This document shows positions 63,326-64,000 of a stretch of 64,000 nucleotides of DNA, in pieces. The translations under genes and the position numbers were made by a program. The stretch comes from Squalus acanthias (taxonomy: Eukaryota), in NCBI GenBank assembly GCA_030390025.1, contig CM059432.1, forward strand, positions 120,344,001 to 120,408,000, read 5' to 3'. How positions within the stretch are numbered: position 1 is the stretch's first letter; each line of letters opens with the position of its first letter. Under the pieces are notes generated by a model that did not search any database, had not been told where the DNA came from, and saw only the letters and a program-made list of their open reading frames with translations.

Positions 63326-64000
63326 ACCACTGGACATACTCCAGCAGAACTCTTGATGAAGAGGAGATTGAGAACATGATTGAGTCTTGTTCAACTAAAT
63401 TTGGCCCCAAGGATTGAACAGAAACAGTTGAGTCAGAAACGTTATTATGACAGCAATCAGAAAGAACGCAGTTTCAAACAAAACGAGTGTCTTTGTGCAC
63501 TCGGTCCTCCTGGAAAGTCGAGTTCACACAAGTGGGATGTAGGAACCATAGTAGAGGTTGCTGGAACCAAGAGATATTTGGTTGAAATTGGTGACAAAAT
63601 CCAAAGTGTTCATGTAGATCAAATGATCTCTGCCAGAGATGAACCAAGATGTGATAGTGAACCACTTGATCATGAACTCATACATGAGTCTGACTCAATT
63701 CAGACTTCAGTAACTGAAGTACCAGGTTCAAACAGTCTGAGATAGAAACAGGATCTTATTTGAGTTTGGAACCAATACAAAACAGCCCGAAAATTGGTTC
63801 AACGCCAAAACCTTTTGTAAGATCAGGAAGGCTCTGCAAACCTGTTGTTAAACTGGATTTGTAGTTCATTTAAAAGAAAAAAAGCCAGGTTTTTTTTTAT
63901 GTGGTACATGTAATGCTGGGAAAGGTGGGACCATAGTTTTGTTGTATTTGAGAGGGGAATACATACATTTTTTTAAGGGGAAAGCAGTGTAATGTATTAT

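Larger units (their letters stand above)
58401..63745 (+). pseudogene. Gypsy gag-pol, frameshifted
   Basis: Two Zn knuckles (CYHCNGNH..C; CFLCQKQGHISTAC); WATPIVVVPK, RLCGDYK, NQDDVLI; CDASSYGVGA, NYAQIEKEAL; HPGI..CSVC integrase. Confidence 0.9.
56871..64000 (+). mobile_element. Ty3/Gypsy (Mag-like) LTR retrotransposon, decayed, with three nested insertions; 3' LTR runs off the window
   Basis: 5' LTR starts TGTAATGTATTAT at 56871, repeated at 63988 after a PPT (AAGGGGAAAG); PBS TGGCAAAGAGGTTGGGAT at 57011; gag-PR-RT-RH-INT order. Confidence 0.92.

Overview
Non-genic, repeat-dense vertebrate DNA, almost certainly from a cartilaginous fish (shark-type HE1/V-SINE, SacSINE1-like DeuSINEs, HER1-like CR1 LINEs). 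No host protein-coding gene could be supported. PIF/Harbinger DNA transposons dominate. One copy (51776-56063) looks fully intact: TIRs, a TAA target-site duplication (TSD), a 386-aa DDE transposase and a convergent 3-exon Myb/SANT gene that splices in frame to 488 aa. Two related MITEs lie just upstream of it. At least four decayed Harbinger copies and many MITEs are also present, and their insertion sites share a palindromic A-N-N-C-[NNN]-R-N-N-T target signature. Also present: three Penelope-like retroelements (RT + GIY-YIG) whose pseudo-LTRs carry minimal hammerhead ribozymes, a decayed Mag-like Gypsy LTR retrotransposon (56871 to window end), several CR1/L2-type LINE fragments, SINEs and multi-level nested insertions. 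All calls come from reading the sequence by eye; family names are by recalled similarity, not database search.
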